DNA of 64,000 bases from assembly GCF_009914755.1 (NCBI RefSeq), contig NC_060932.1, one strand, 5' to 3'. This DNA comes from the human T2T-CHM13v2.0 reference genome, Homo sapiens. Under the pieces are notes generated by a model. That model saw only the letters and a program-made list of their open reading frames with translations, was not told where the DNA came from and did no database searches. Both the position numbers and the translations under genes were made by a program. This document shows, one piece after another, positions 1-17,509 of this stretch (the stretch's first letter is position 1; each line of letters begins with the position of its first letter).

Positions 1-1254
1 TTTTAGATTCAAATTCTATTGTTTTCTTTCTCTGCTAGAACGAATCAATCATCTCTTTCTACTCCCTGTGTTAAGTTCATCTCAGTCAGAGAAATCACTG
101 TCTGAGGGCTTGAATCTCCTGGAAAACTGTAAGCTACCTGGAAGCAGAGATGCATATTATTTATTTTTGTATCGCATATAATTAGTACACGGAGAAGGTC
201 AATGAATAGGAGAAGATGAAGAAAATTATTTCCTCTTTAGGATATACAAAAGCATTGAAAAAATAAAGCATTCTAAAGCGCTGCTTACTAATCAAGATGA
301 ACAGAATGCATAGGATATAAAGCATACTGCATATAAAGCAATCTCCCCTCCTTGACATATACATGAATGGGCATGGGTGTCTATGTCTTATGAACATGTA
401 ATTTATTAGGCAGTATGCAAAGGGGTTACATTCTTATTGGCAGAAGAATAGACATCCTGGGAGAATACAATAATCCAAAATTAGACTGATTTAAAAAATT
501 AATGTATGACTGCACATGACATCAAAACATTCTCAGGTATATTAAAGAGTTAACCATTAAAAATAGGAACATGACAATAAGCAACTGAATTCTCAAAAAT
601 TCTGTGAAGAGAAAGTAACTTTAAAAACAAATCACACATGCAAAAAAATATTTGATATAAAAATGTAACATTTCTGCTTGTAAAAAAAAACCTTTCATCA
701 GAAACAAAATTTTCAATATTATAACAAAGACAAGGACTTCAATAACTTAACTTTTTAAGGTGGATTAAAAGACAGATGTTATTTCCATTCTGTGATTACA
801 TCTGTTAAGAGCTGACAACAAAGAAATGTCAAAAAAGAAACTACAGATTATTTAACATATGTGAAGGTCAGCTTTTACTTGTATCTGCAAAGCCATCATT
901 AGGGTTCTTTTTCAATAAAATAGAAAACTATTAAGTGGTGAGTTTTGCTGTGTTCAGTGAAAAGCTTACTGTTTTCACTGCCTGCCAGCCCTTATCATTT
1001 CCCATTGTAATGGTTATCACAGTGAGTTTCGTTGGTGGTAGCTTTTTTTTTTTTTTTTTTTTTTTGGCTAAATTGGCAAATCAAAAATATAGTAGAAATA
1101 GCAGAAAGAAGGTACCTGAGATACTGGTGGCTTGCTGAGGGTAAAGAGGAGGTGGCACTATCATGGAGGAGAGCAGTTTAGTGACATAAAATGTCCTGAA
1201 TCAGTATTGTATTTTTATTTTTCCTAATGATGCTACCTCTGAAAACAGATTCTA

Positions 1255-2295
<1,041 letters not shown>

Positions 2296-2322
2296 CTCTA
2301 GAGGTCTAAAAACAGAGAACTA

Positions 2323-2683
<361 letters not shown>

Positions 2684-3539
2684 TCATTCATTAACAGCTC
2701 ATATTGACCAAGTACCTACCATGTGCTGGTGCTGTTTTAGGGGACAGGTAAATATTAGGGAATAGACAGACAAAAATTCCTGCCCTGGAGGCCTGACATT
2801 CCTGTGGTTTCCATGTCAGGTTCCCATATGTTTTACAAGTAAGATTCTGGGGGCCAAAATTCCTATCTTACTCATATTTTTGTCACTAGCAATTAGCATC
2901 TACTCAGAGCATGAATAAGTGTACATCTGCAAGAAAGGCAACTCAACCATCAGTCTTGCTGACATCAAAGGGAAGGATGCGGGGGCCAGGGAGGGACGTG
3001 CAGGGCCAGGCTCTTTTGTCAACTGCCAGGGACAAGTAGAGCAAGGTTTAAAGGTTCAGTGCTAGAGTGGGTTTATCTCTGGGACATGTAAGCGTAATTC
3101 TTATCCAGACTTAGTTTAAGTATAGTTATTAAGTAAAATAGCTAATTTAAACTCATTATAGAAACATGAAACTAAACATTAAAATAGGAAACAAAGGGAA
3201 AATCACAATCTCTTCAGCTGACAACTATGAATGTTACCAGTGTCAATCAATCAAGGAGACTTTGGGCTCAACTTGAACAAAATGCTTTATAATCCACATG
3301 AGTTCAGCCTTGAGGACATAAAAAATAAATACTCAAGTTAGTGACAATGCATATATAGAGAGATGAGTTTGTCTCCAAAATTTCCAGTAATTTCTTTGGC
3401 TTGAAATATTTTTTTTTCCACATAGACAAGAGTCCAAGAATTAGCTCTTCCATATAAATTATAAGGTATAAAAACTGAAAACAAATTTCTCACAAAATAT
3501 ATATACTTAAGTCTATTTACTATTCCCTCTGTACTTGGA

Positions 3540-4135
<596 letters not shown>

Positions 4136-4195
4136 GAGTATAAAACGTGATGCTGTGCAAAGGCTCAGGAGTAAAAGAGATACAATCTTCAGGCA

Positions 4196-4685
4196 TCTAT
4201 CTAATCTATCTATCTATCTAAAGATAGGTTGTCACCCAGGCTGCAGTGCAGTGGCACTATCACTACTCTCTGCTGGACCTCCCAGGCTCAAGTGATCCTT
4301 TTGAGTCAGCCTCCTAAGTAGCTGGGACCACAGGTACACACCACCATGCCCATCTAACTTTTTATTTTTTGTAGAGATGGGATCTTGCTATATTGCCCAG
4401 GTTGTTCTCAAACTCCTGGCTTCAAGTGATCCTCTTGCCCTGGCCTCCCAAAGTATTGAGATTACAGGCATGAGCCACCGCACTTGGACCTACTTCAAAT
4501 TTTTCAGAAGTCATTTTTAAAACTTTGAGTGACTCTGTTTTTTTTTCTTTCTATCTTTTTTTGAATAAAAGAGATGAGGTCTTGCTATGTTGACCAGGCT
4601 GGTCTCAAACTCCTGGGCTCAAGCAAGCCATCCGCCTCAGCCTCCCAAAGTGCAGAACTACAGGCATGAGTCACCGTGCCCAGTC
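4196..4685 (-). mobile_element. AluJ (4225-4490) with adjacent (TATC)n, plus an Alu monomer (4555-4685)
   Basis: Diverged Alu motifs; TATC microsatellite at 4196-4220. Confidence 0.85.
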
Positions 4686-5149
4686 CTGGGTGACTCCATT
4701 TTAAAATGTTCACTATGATAAGGGAGAAGGGAAATGCCTGCATTGTAGGGCTTTGTGATTTTATCTATATCCTTAATTGAAGCCTTGGGTAAAGTGTTCA
4801 CTGAGTATGTTAAGGATGAAAAGTGTTTAAGTATTATCAGAACTCCACAGGCAAAAAGTGTTCAAAATCATGTTTTTATTAATTTTTGTCCACATGCATC
4901 CCCACCCTGCTCACCTGGCATCACCCAGATTTCCCTGCCCCTGGCTTGGGTTGGGTGTGCCCAGAGGGAGATGGGAGTGCAGAAGCCTTCGCTGACCAGG
5001 TTAACCCTTTTGTGTGCTGCAGAGAACTTATTACCATCTTTCCACTTACCAGATTGTATGGTGATTACTCATCAATCTCTCCCACAACATTCTCAAACAG
5101 AGGATGCAGTCTTGGCCCAGAGATTTTTTTGAAGTTTAATTTAAAAATT

Positions 5150-5310
5150 GGGGTGGGCAATAGAGTGAGACCCTGTCTCTACAAAAAATTTAAAAAATTA
5201 GCTGGCCTCCAGCTTGAGCCCAGGATGTCGAGGCTGCAGTGAGCCATGATCACGCCACTGCACTCCAGCCTGGCAACACTGTGAAACCCTGTCTCTTAGA
5301 GAAAAAAAAA
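5150..5310 (+). mobile_element. Partial, internally deleted AluJ
   Basis: gagaccctgtctctac...gaggctgcagtgagcc...A tail. Confidence 0.8.
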
Positions 5311-6461
5311 CAGTTGGGTGGTTGGGAGTATACATTTGTCAAAACCGTACACATAAAATGTATGCACTGTATTACTGCATGTAAGTTCTACCACAATAAA
5401 GTTGATTTTTTAAAAGTCATGATATATATACTAAAAAACGGGCATTTTCACATATTCTATGATCTCTTAAATAATCAGAAGACTAGCTGTGTTCTTAAGT
5501 TGGCATCAATGGGCACAAGCCAGTTTGGTCATCCTGTTTCCCGCCTAACACCTTAGCCAGAACTAAGATCTAGGGAGAGAGCAGTTTTGAAGTAGAGATG
5601 GGATAGGCAGACATAATTGCAGAACTGCCAGGGATAGGAAATGTCCAGGGGCAAACATGGCTTTCATTAACACCTGCAGACAATGATTCCCAAATCCATA
5701 CATTAAGTCTGATTTCTCTTCTATACTTCAGACTCTTTTATGTAACTCTATACTAGACCTCTATATTAGGATGTCAAATACATTTAATACCACGGATCCA
5801 AAATGGTGCTCACTGTCTCTACAAGCCTTACCCCCAAAACTTGTTCTGCTCTACATTCCTCCTCTCATGGAAGACTTCCACCTTCTACTCAACTGCCCAA
5901 ACCAGTCTTCACTGACTTCTGTTTCTTTCCCCGAAATGCATTCACCACCACATCCTGTTCATTCTAATTCCCAAGAGAACTTGCAAACTATCCACATCCC
6001 TACTTCACCAAGGCCACTCTGCTCTCTTCCATGGAGCACTGAAGTAACTCCTGGCAGGTGTTCAGGCTTTTGGTCTTGATACGATTTATCTTCACATCAC
6101 AGCCAGGATAATTTTCTAAAGTCTCCTGCCTCCTCTCTGTAGCTCCTCATTCATTCACTGAGTCAGACCAAGGCTGTCCCTGCCCACATGGAGCCCATGT
6201 GGAGCTCAGTGTAAATGCCAGCAGTCGAGGTTTCAAGTGACCTGGCCCTTGCTTGGGCTTCTCCAGCCTCTCTCTCAACAACCACCCAATTCTCTAGCTG
6301 TTGCACTCTGAAACACAGCCAGATTCAGAAACTTGATCCAGCTAGATCTCATTCTTGTGAAGGAAGTCTGTGATTTTCAGTCAAAGCAGTAACTTCAGGA
6401 GAAGTATGTGAAAGTAAATCAAAAGGAATTTTCTTATGATTTTCACCTGAAATCAATGTCA

Positions 6462-6641
<180 letters not shown>

Positions 6642-6996
6642 TTATGAGTTACCCACTCATACTTTTCATGTAGCTATCGGCTAAAATCGTGCCGATTCGG
6701 GCAGATGATAATCACCTCACAACTCACATGTATACCAAAAGAATCAATATCAATTTGACTCTCTATGCTATCATGGACGAACAGACTAGGCTTCGGGGTG
6801 GAGCTGTGCCCCCTGCCATCAACCTACTTGACAGCCCTAGCAGCATAACACACAAATCCAGTGGTCTCAAAGGAAAGCGAGCCTACCTGTGATGGGGAAA
6901 CACAATCGCCGAGTGAGCGGGACAGACCATCAGAATTCTGCACTTGCTTCCGTCCCATCCTTTAAAATAGCCTTTCAGTACCCTTGGTTAATAGTG

Positions 6997-7601
6997 TTTT
7001 TTTGAGACAGGATCTCACTTCGTTGCCCAGGCTGGAGTGCAGTGACATGATCATGGCTCATTGCAGCCCTGACCTCCTGGGCTCAAGTAATCCTGCCACC
7101 TCAGCCTCCCAAGTAGTTGGAACCACAGGTGCATGCCACCATGTCTGGCTCATTTTTTTGTATTTTTTATAAAGACAGGATCTTGCCATGTTGCCCAGGC
7201 TGGTTTCAAACCCCTGGGCTCAAGGAGTCCACCTGCCTTGGCCTCCCAAAGTGCTAGCATTACAGGTGTGAGCCACTATGCCCCACCTAATAAGCTATTT
7301 TTGTATGTGGTTATTTTTGAGATGGAGTCTCGCTCTGTCACTCAGGCTGGAGTGCAACAGCATGATCTCAGCTAACTGTGCAACGCCCACCTCCTGAGTT
7401 CAAGTGATCCTCCCGCCTCAGCCACCCGAGTAGCTGGGATTACAGGCACCTGCCATCATGCTCGGCTAATTTTTGTATTTTTGTCACAATGGGGTTTCAC
7501 CATGTTGGCCAGGCTGGTCTTTAACTCCTGACCTCAGGTGATCCACCCACCTCGGCCTCCCAAAATGCTGGGATTACAGGTATGAGCCACCATGCCCGGC
7601 C
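6997..7601 (-). mobile_element. Tandem Alus: AluJ (6997-7287) and AluS (7314-7601)
   Basis: Two full Alu bodies in the same orientation. Confidence 0.92.
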
Positions 7602-7631
7602 GTATGTGTTTTATAATTTATATTTTTAGTA

Positions 7632-8093
7632 TAGTAGTCCCCTCATATTCTTGGGGGATATGTTCCAAGACCCCCAGTGGATGCCTGAAACCACAGATAG
7701 TACCAAACCCTATTTATACTATGTTTTTCCTATACAAACACACCTACGATAATGCGCAATTTATAAGTTAGTCACAGTAAGAAATTAACAATAATTAAAA
7801 TAAAATAGAACGATTATAACAATAAGCCAGCATCACAACTCTTGTGCTTTGGGGCCATTATGAAGTAAAATAAGGGTGACGAACACAAGCACTGTGATAC
7901 CAACATGGCTGATCTGATAACCAACACGGTTCAGGATGCAATGAGATTTCATCACGCTGCTCACAATGGTGTGCAATTCAAAACTTATGAATTGTTTACT
8001 TCTGGAATTTTCCATTTAATATTTTCAGACTACAGTTGACCATGGGTAACTGAAACCACAGAAAGCAAAACCAGAGATAAAGGCGGACTACTG
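7632..8093 (+). mobile_element. MER44 (Tigger7-derived) DNA transposon
   Basis: TIRs tagtagtcccc...ggactactg; TA duplications at both ends. Confidence 0.85.
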
Positions 8094-8147
8094 TACAGTA
8101 TTTCAGGCATACTACTTATAATTAATACACATTAAAAAGTTTCTCAA

Positions 8148-8432
8148 GGCCAGGTGCACTGCCTCACACCTGTAATTCCAGCACTTTGGGAGGCTGAGGC
8201 TGGAGGATTGCTTGAGGCCAGGAGTTTGAGACCAGCCTAGGCCATTAGCAAGACCTTGTCCCTACTAAAAATAAAAATGTAGTCTGGTGTGGTGGTGCAC
8301 ACCTATATTCCTAGCTACTCGGGAGGCTGAGGTGGGAGGATCGCATGAGCCGAGAGGTTGAGGGTGCAGTGAGCCATGATCACGCCACTGCACTCAAGCC
8401 TAGGTGACAGAGCAAGACTCTCCAAAAGAAAA
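8148..8432 (+). mobile_element. AluJ
   Basis: TSD aaaaag(t/c)ttctcaa. Confidence 0.9.
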
Positions 8433-8530
8433 AGCTTCTCAAAAGCCCTATGTAATAAATTTATCTGTTTTTTTTTTTTTTTTTGCCAGAGTTCTAAGTA
8501 GAAGTCTGAAGTCTGAGTTAATATTTCTAG

Positions 8531-8806
<276 letters not shown>

Positions 8807-9180
8807 CACCTGAGTTATTATTTTCTCAATTCTCCCAAGGACAGTATAGAGCCAAAGCCATTCCAGATATGCTGCACAAAAGATAATCCATTGAAGCCAA
8901 TGGATTCCTTATGGCTTTAAGGCTTAATTCTCTCATAAACCTGTTCTAGTGGCTTCCACATTAGCGGCAACAGGATGAAGGGATAAACAGCCAAGTATTC
9001 ATATGAACAATGTGCAAAGTGGGGATATGCATCTTTATAATTGCCAGTATAGCTACTGGGGCTACTCACACTATATTAATTATAAACTTGAGAATTTACT
9101 GCAAAATTGTATCTGTAGAGTCACACAGGCTTCTGTTTACCTAGATAAAGCAGTTGCAGATTAGCAAAAATGGTTATATT

Positions 9181-9494
9181 AATTATTATTATTATTTTTG
9201 AGACAGAGTCTCATTCTGTTGCCCAGGCTGGAGTACAGTGGCGCGATCTCGGCTCACTCTCTCTCTCTCAATCTCACCTCTGCCTCCTGGGTTCAAGTAA
9301 TTCTCCTGCCTCAGCCTCCCGAGTAGGTAGGATTACAGGCACATGCCTCCACACCCGACTAATTTTTGTATTTTTAGTAGAGACGGGGTTTCACCATGTT
9401 GGCCAGGATGGTTTTGAACTCCTGGCCTCAAGTGATCCACCTGCCTCAGCCTCCCAAAGTGCTGGGATTACAGGCGTGAGCCACCATGCCCAGC
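9181..9494 (-). mobile_element. AluSx
   Basis: Full Alu with a small (CT)n insertion near 9257. Confidence 0.92.
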
Positions 9495-9675
9495 ATGTAT
9501 GAAATATTAAATGTCCCCACCAGCAACATCTTAACTTATTTTATAGTTCCACAGTTTTACCATTTTCCTACAGTAATAAATTACTTCCTGAATAATTTGT
9601 AATTTCTCTCTACTTAAAATTGAAAGATTTTAAAAAGGATATCAAATCAATGTGATGGTCTCTCACTATTAAGTA

Positions 9676-9925
9676 TAGACATACCAGTGAGATATTTAGT
9701 GTTAAGTTCCAGACTACTAAAATAAAGTGAATATTGCAATATAGCAAGTCAAAATTTTGGGTTTCCCAGTGCATACAAAAGCTATGTTTACACTATAGTC
9801 TATTAAGTGTACAATAGCATTATGTCTTTAAAAAAAAACGATGTATACACCTTAATTTAAAAGACTTTATTGCTATAAAATGCTAATCATTATGTGAACC
9901 TTCATTAAGTTGTAATCTTTTTGCT
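9676..9925. mobile_element. Tigger1 terminal fragment
   Basis: tagacatacc...gagatatt...ttccagac...gtttcccagtgcat matches the recalled Tigger1 end. Confidence 0.8.
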
Positions 9926-10007
9926 GTATATAAGCAAAATTGTATATAACCAAATAAATTACAAATTAAGCTATCTCTTGATCTGGGCACTATATGAAAT
10001 ATCACAA

Positions 10008-10200
10008 TGAGGGTCAGAAAATGAGACCCCAAAATATGCTGCTTTGGACTTCAAACTCAGAGCAGCAAATGCAGGAGAGGACTTTCTCAGAAGTTCTCCT
10101 ATCCACCTAAAGGACGGACAAAGACTTTACCAGGAATCATGAATTCCTTCCTCAGGTAGAACCAACTAGGAGAAACTGGTGCCTATTACAAGAAGGAAGA
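10008..10200 (+). mobile_element. LTR-like fragment (ERV1 MER34/MER39-like start)
   Basis: tgagggtcagaaaatgagaccccaaaatatg resembles the 5' ends of these LTRs. Confidence 0.4.
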
Positions 10201-10217
10201 CTAGAGTTGATATCTTG

Positions 10218-10500
<283 letters not shown>

Positions 10501-10879
10501 TAGCCTTCAAAAATTTAGAAAAGTACAGAAATTGTGTCATCTTTGTCAGCAATCTGTGGCCAATGTAAGGAACATTGCAAAATGAAATCAAGTATCCACA
10601 ATTTCCTGTATCTGTGGCTCTGTGACTTTGCAGCCTTTGCACCAACAGGTGTAGTGCATCCCTGGTCTGACTTGCTGTGGCCACTTGCTGCATGCAGAAG
10701 TGAAGGTGGGCCGATTCTGAGCCCAGGGCTCCAGCGGCCTGGGGATATCAGCTCTCTCGGAAACCTGCCACTACTGTTTGAACCAGCTCGGCTAATTGTA
10801 AAATAAATAATTCTTTTTTGTTTTTAATGTAAATCTATTATGGTGCCAAACTCCTCTGCTTCTTTTAAATTTAACAGAA

Positions 10880-11104
10880 GACTATGTAGAGCCGAGATGG
10901 GTCAGGCCTGGTATCCTAGCTGAGGTCTCTACAAAACCAACATGCAGCCCACCTGTTGCTGTCTGCAGGTGCACAAATGAGCTCACCCAGACCAGACCAA
11001 AAGAAGCATTTAACAGCCCCACAGATGCAAGAGCTAAATAACTGTGTGTTGTTTTAAGCCACTAATTTTGGCTGGTTTGTTATAGAGCAATAGCTAACCG
11101 ATAT
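10880..11104 (+). mobile_element. MLT1 (ERVL-MaLR) LTR 3' part
   Basis: tgttgttttaagccactaattttgg...tttgttatagagcaatagctaac is a typical MLT1 end. Confidence 0.7.
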
Positions 11105-11173
11105 AACTGAGATAAAACTTAAACAGGTTCTTGTATAAATGTAAATCTTGTTACTGTTAATGGGTTAGAATCA

Positions 11174-11299
<126 letters not shown>

Positions 11300-12080
11300 T
11301 TAGTAGGAAATACAAGTCAACACAATTATATTATGCTTTGAAATACAGATTTTGAATATAAAACATGGAAAGAGTAATAATTCCCACTTTTTGTCTATCA
11401 AAAATATGCATCTTCTTACCAGTTATGAACTTTATATGTCACATCTTGTTTCATTATAAGAAAAATTTAATTTTTGTTGTTTTACTTTTCCACAACCAAA
11501 GAACTGAAAACTAGACATTTTCAAATAGATTAATTTTTTAAAGACACCAAAATAATGAGAATAGACAATAGAAAACTTTAAAAATTGTCCCACATAGTAA
11601 CCTAACTCAGTGTGGCTGCACCTGACCTCCCTCCTGACATTGCCTCTGCCATCTTGCTTTCACTGAAACTGACTGCCCCAGAGCACACTTCCTTGGCTGC
11701 AGCCTTGTTAGGTGGAGAATGTGTCTATTCTCATCCATACAGGGTTAGGAGGAGGCATCAATGACCTCAAGATCATCAGGATTAAAAACTCTGAACTCAG
11801 CCACTTGCTTTTCCAGAGTAGCTGCAGAAAATCTGAGAGTTGCTTGGGGGGGTGGGGAGGGGGAATCACAAAACTAGGCAGAATATCGCTACAAACTCGT
11901 AGTCAACACTGCCCAGCAATCATATTGTCTTTCCAGTGAAATGGCTCTTTCACGTTTTAAAATGCCTATTTTCAAGCCTTTTATGCTCTTCTTAAACTTT
12001 CAACATACTTAGTTCCCATCCACCCCCTCATTCTCCACAGCCTCATATGTCACAGAAATAATACAAGCCCTCAAGTTTCC

Positions 12081-12377
12081 TTTTCTTTCTTTTTTGAGAT
12101 GGAGTCCAGCACTGTCACCTGGGCTGGAGTACAATGGTGCGATCTTGGCTCACTGCAACCTCCACCTCCTGAGTTCAAGCGATTCTCCTGCCTCAGCCTC
12201 CCGAGTAGCAGGGAGTACAGGCACCCGCCACCAAGCCCGGCTAATTTTTTGTATTTTTAGTAGAGACAGGGTTTCACTTTGTTGGCCAGGCTGGTCTCGA
12301 ACTCCTGACCTTGTGATCCGCCCGCCTCGGCCTCCCAAAGTGCTGGGATTTACAGGCGTGAGCTACCACGCCTGGCC
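12081..12377 (-). mobile_element. AluS (Sg/Sc-like)
   Basis: Full Alu; TSD aagtttcc(t/c)tttctttc. Confidence 0.92.
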
Positions 12378-13709
12378 AAGTTTCCCTTTCTTTCAAAAGC
12401 CAATCCATCCACACCTCCTCAGAGATATTCCTTGTTCTATCAGGTACAACTATCCCCACCCCACCCCACCAATCTCTCTCTCTTTTCTATATTGTCTCAA
12501 CAAGCATCAGCATTCAGACATGTTCTAGATTCTCTCATCTCTGAAACAATAAAGAATCACAGCCTCTCCTGGCCCCCTCCAGTTTCACCTGCTCCATCCC
12601 CCTACAGAGCCGAGTTTTTGGAAAGAGCTGCTACACGCAATGGGGACTGTTTTCGTCCTCAACGTCCACTCCTTTGTCACTAACAAGTGGAGTCACACCA
12701 AGAATAGAAATTAAATTTGGAAAAACTACCATTTTTATGATGTTTCGTTTTCCCTTCCATGGTGTAACTCTCCATTTTTTATACCTCCTATTATACTTCT
12801 CAGTTTTGTAAACTTCCATAGGACACATATACTATATTATTTTAACAATTAAATAGACCACGTTTTAAATAGGCTACATATTAAAAAGTCTATTTTAAGT
12901 AGACTACATCCTTCACATAGACTCATAAATTACTGCCAACATTCAGATAATGCAATAAAATACACGATTCTAGTATTCTCTCGTCTATGATGACTCTTAC
13001 AAAAATGTATAAAAGACATACTAGTCCCAAATTGAAAATTTATAATAATAATATTTATGAAGGATAATAAAGGACTGTTTGGTTAACCTTGTTATCTAAA
13101 ACTGCCTAACCAACTGCCAACAAAAGACCACAGCTGATGAAAAAGTACATTAATTGGAGCATTATTTGCATAAGCAATGACAGAAAAGATGTGGCAGGCC
13201 AAAAGAGACTATTTTTAAAAACTACCTGACGTATCACCTTCATGTGGAAAGAAAAAAGCATTTCAAATCTTACATTTTAAATAAATTAAATGTTAAAATG
13301 TGTTCAGGTCCTGATATGCTCTATTGGTACAAACACGAGTCCATGTGGTGTGGAGCCATTTCTGAAGAAGTGAACAACGTGTCTGTTGCTATTGCTGTAA
13401 CAACCATCTTCGAGTATATAAATATTTTAGAATGTTTATTCATTCTCTGTATATTTAGATTATCATAAGGTTCTCCAAATTGTTTTTCAAATGTAACAAA
13501 ACAAATTACCCATTTCTAGGATGTAGAATAAGTTTTAAGAAAGCTACAATCTAATGGGAAAATACCCTCTTTTGGAATTCAGGCAAAGTGCAGTGAAGAA
13601 ACACATGTAATGTCCCCACCAAAGGAATCTGACAAGAATCAGTCTCTTAAAGTGTACTACCCATATGTAATTGAAAAGCTGCATGCAAGATACCAACTGA
13701 GGATTATAA

Positions 13710-13914
13710 TACCAGTGAGTAAGAACACAAGTCAACAAAATATTTCAAAACAAGAGATGCTCAGTTGTGTTAAACAAAAACCAGGCACAGAAGAACTTTT
13801 TAAAAAATGGAAATGGAAACACTTTCTTGAAAAAGAAAATTGTATTTTTAGAAAAGCTACCCACATAAAAATATATCAAAAGATAGAACTGCCTATGAAA
13901 GAGTGGTCCTCAAT
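13710..13914 (+). repeat. Local direct repeat, copy 1 (copy 2 at 15825-16061)
   Basis: Colinear similarity from taccagtga to agtggtcctcaat. Confidence 0.9.
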
Positions 13915-15511
13915 CATTTTTAGAAGGTGATCCCAGATGGGATCTGGTTGGAAGGAGTAGGCCACCCTGACAACGCAGGCCTGGCAGCTAGTGTCCTCAT
14001 GAACCAGGTGGCTTTAGGAGTGACAAGCTTTTGCTATGTCGCATCACTTAACTCCCTCAATCCTACAAAAGGAACTCCAAATGCATCCTACCAGACAATA
14101 ACTACTTCCCTCCTTGTAGCAGACAAGCTGGGAACGATTTGTCTTGGCACGAATCACTGCATTTTGCTTCCTCCTCTGCCTTGCTGTTCTTCCCCCAATA
14201 TCAACTGGGAAATTACCAGCATAAGAAACACAAGAAAGCACTGGATCAATAAGCAAGAAGGGAAAACTATACACTTGGATACCATGAATGTATGTTATCC
14301 AGAATTCACTTCAGGTGAAGCAGTTTTAAAAGGAAAGCCATTCTCATTATATAATATAAGCTAAAGGAATTTTTTTCTGCCCATTTGTTCCCCAATAACA
14401 TCTCTTTAAGTAGAAAATTCCTGAGCTTTTGAATAGCTGTAGTTAACTGAATGTATAAATCTCCACCTCTAAAATCAAAGGTGGGTAGCTAACCATGAGT
14501 GGTTTCTACTAAACCCTAATGATCTGGAATGAACCCTAAGGGGAAACTAGTTAGCCACCCTGTCCACAAATCCCATTCAAAGAGTGAGGTGATCAAAAGG
14601 AAAGCGAAGTGCTTAGTTAACTACTGTGGACTGCTGGCTATTTCTTCTGCCCATCCAGTGCACTGCTGAGCTCACGCCGCTTTCATCACCATGCCCCCAA
14701 CTAGCAGAGTATGTACTTTTTAAAAATAAAATTTGGAGAAGAACAATCAACTATTTCAATGAGTGACAAGTGTCCCAGTAGACTAATAATAGGCTATGAG
14801 CTGTGAGAGTTTATGTAAGGCTAAACCTTGAAAATGTTAAGAGTGGCATTGTTTCATCTATATTTGCCTTGAGATAATACCTAAAATAATATTTGTGTTA
14901 AGTTAGGAAAGGGGAATTTCCCTGAGCAAGAAGAAGGTGGGCCACTTGATATTTCACTACCTGTATTTTCAAAAAGGAGAAGGGCCAAGGGAAGGCTAAC
15001 TGTGTAAATGATATCAGAGCCTTTCCTGTGTGTACGGGCCAAGGTGGGGGCAGGGAGAAGAACAGAACACTTAATCACCAAGGGCAAAGGAAAAGTAGAA
15101 GAGAGATAGCGAAGGGGAGGAATAAAAAGGCAGGGAGGCAGGAGGGTGGCTCTGCTGATAAAGACAAACTTCACTGTCTTCACAATTTTGCCTAGGATCA
15201 GTCCAGTTTATTTTCTGTCAACACTGCATAAGCAAACAGAAGGTATAGACAAAGGTATTTCCACTAGGCATTGCCATACAGCTTACAGAGAATAATGGAG
15301 TGATACTAAAAGACCCACATTGATTCTCAAGAAAAATAAAGGTAATTTATTTGTTCATTTTACATATTTGGCATCCTTATCAAAGGAGCTTCATTCCAAA
15401 GCAATAAGAAAAAGCAGGTGATTTCAAAGTACAGCAGTGATTTCATTATTCTAAAGTCAGCACTGACTTCCTCTCAGTGTACTTTCAGCTCTGGGGCAAA
15501 ACATTAGCTGA

Positions 15512-15813
<302 letters not shown>

Positions 15814-15824
15814 TGAACTGCTTT

Positions 15825-16061
15825 TACCAGTGAATAAGAACACAAATCAACAAAATATTTCAAATAAGAGATGCTTAGTTGTGTTACAAAACAAAACAAA
15901 ACAAAACAAAACAACAAAAAAAAACAGGCATGAAGGAACTTTTTTAAAAATGGAAATGGAAATGAACACTTTCTTGATAAAGGAAATTGTATTTCTAGAA
16001 AAGCTACCCAAATAAAAATATACTAAAAGGTAGAACTGCCTAAGGTTTAGTGGTCCTCAAT
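15825..16061 (+). repeat. Local direct repeat, copy 2, with an expanded (ACAAA)n
   Basis: Matches 13710-13914. Confidence 0.9.
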
Positions 16062-16602
16062 TGTACCACCAATAATTATGCCCACAATTTTATCCTAAAT
16101 AAGAGTGATTCCCTGTTCCTTTTCCTACAGAACATGTTTCTGTCCGCAAAGAGAATAAGAAAACATGACCCCTCCATCCAGAACCAAACTAAACTCAGGA
16201 GTGATTAGAATCACCTGTGGGCATTTTCCCCCAAACCACCCATACTCTGTAGATTCTGATAAGCGCTCTTAAAGAAGCTACAGCTCTTCCCCATTCCCTA
16301 TCTGAAAGCAAGGAACCACTGCTTTGGTCAGGAAACAGGCATACAACATCAGATGTGATTATAAATGGCCACAATCTAAAAGAAACCAAAAAATAAAAAT
16401 AAAAAACATGAGATAATAATGTTTACTTTGGGTTATTAATAATAGCAGCGGCAATTGCCAACCAATCTGCCAAGTCATGATGATGATGATACTAATGATG
16501 ATTTGATTACTTTTAAGGACAATAATCAAAACATAAAATTATGAGATTGATTCTGTAGGCTTTTAGAAAAGTCACTTAAAAAGAGAAAAAAATGATGCTC
16601 CC

Positions 16603-16961
16603 TGATATGGTTTGGCTGTGTCCCCAGCCAAATCTCACCTTGAATTGTAGTTCCCATAATTCCCATGTGTTGTGGGAGGGACCCGGTGGGAGACAATTGA
16701 ATCATGGAGGTGCTTTCCCCCACACTGTTCTTGTGGTAGTGGATAAGTCTAACGAGATCTGATGATTTCATAAGGGGTTTCCCCTTTTGCTTGGCTCTCA
16801 TTTCTCTCTTGCCTGCCAACATGTAAGATGTGCCTTTCACCTTCCACCATGATTGTGAGGCCTCCCCAGCCACATGGAACTATGAGTCCATTAAACCTCT
16901 TTTTCTCAATTACCCAGTCTCGGGTATGTCTTTATCAGCAGTGTGAAAATGGACTAATACA
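16603..16961 (+). mobile_element. THE1 (ERVL-MaLR) solo LTR
   Basis: TGATATGG...ACTAATACA; 5-bp TSD ctccc/ctctc; ATTAAA at 16890. Confidence 0.93.
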
Positions 16962-17078
16962 CTCTCTTCCAGCAGAGGGCTAACAACCTTAGTACAGTAA
17001 ATGAAAGCAACGCACCAGCGGCTGCACCATCAATGCAGTAATCTAGACTACATTAACTTGAGCAAGTCAAATTCTTCA

Positions 17079-17366
<288 letters not shown>

Positions 17367-17509
17367 TTAATGAATGCACAGGAAGGTTATGTTTCCCAGC
17401 TTATTGCTACAGTCTTGCAAACCTTTAAGAATTCTAGTATCACTTAACATCACAGAAGTGTGGTTCAAATGTTGTATGGTTTAGAAACTAAATTGCAAAC
17501 AATCTAATA

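Noticed and set aside
1043-1065. Isolated poly-T run (also ~8468-8484)
   Set aside because: No attached retroelement body or TSD recognised; simple mononucleotide repeat.
13610-14364. Adjacent plus ORFs of 106 and 145 aa
   Set aside because: No recognisable homology; the first overlaps the A-rich local duplication; consistent with chance.
14596-14612. IRF/ETS-like motif ggaaagcgaagt
   Set aside because: A single imperfect motif; an enhancer cannot be supported from sequence alone.
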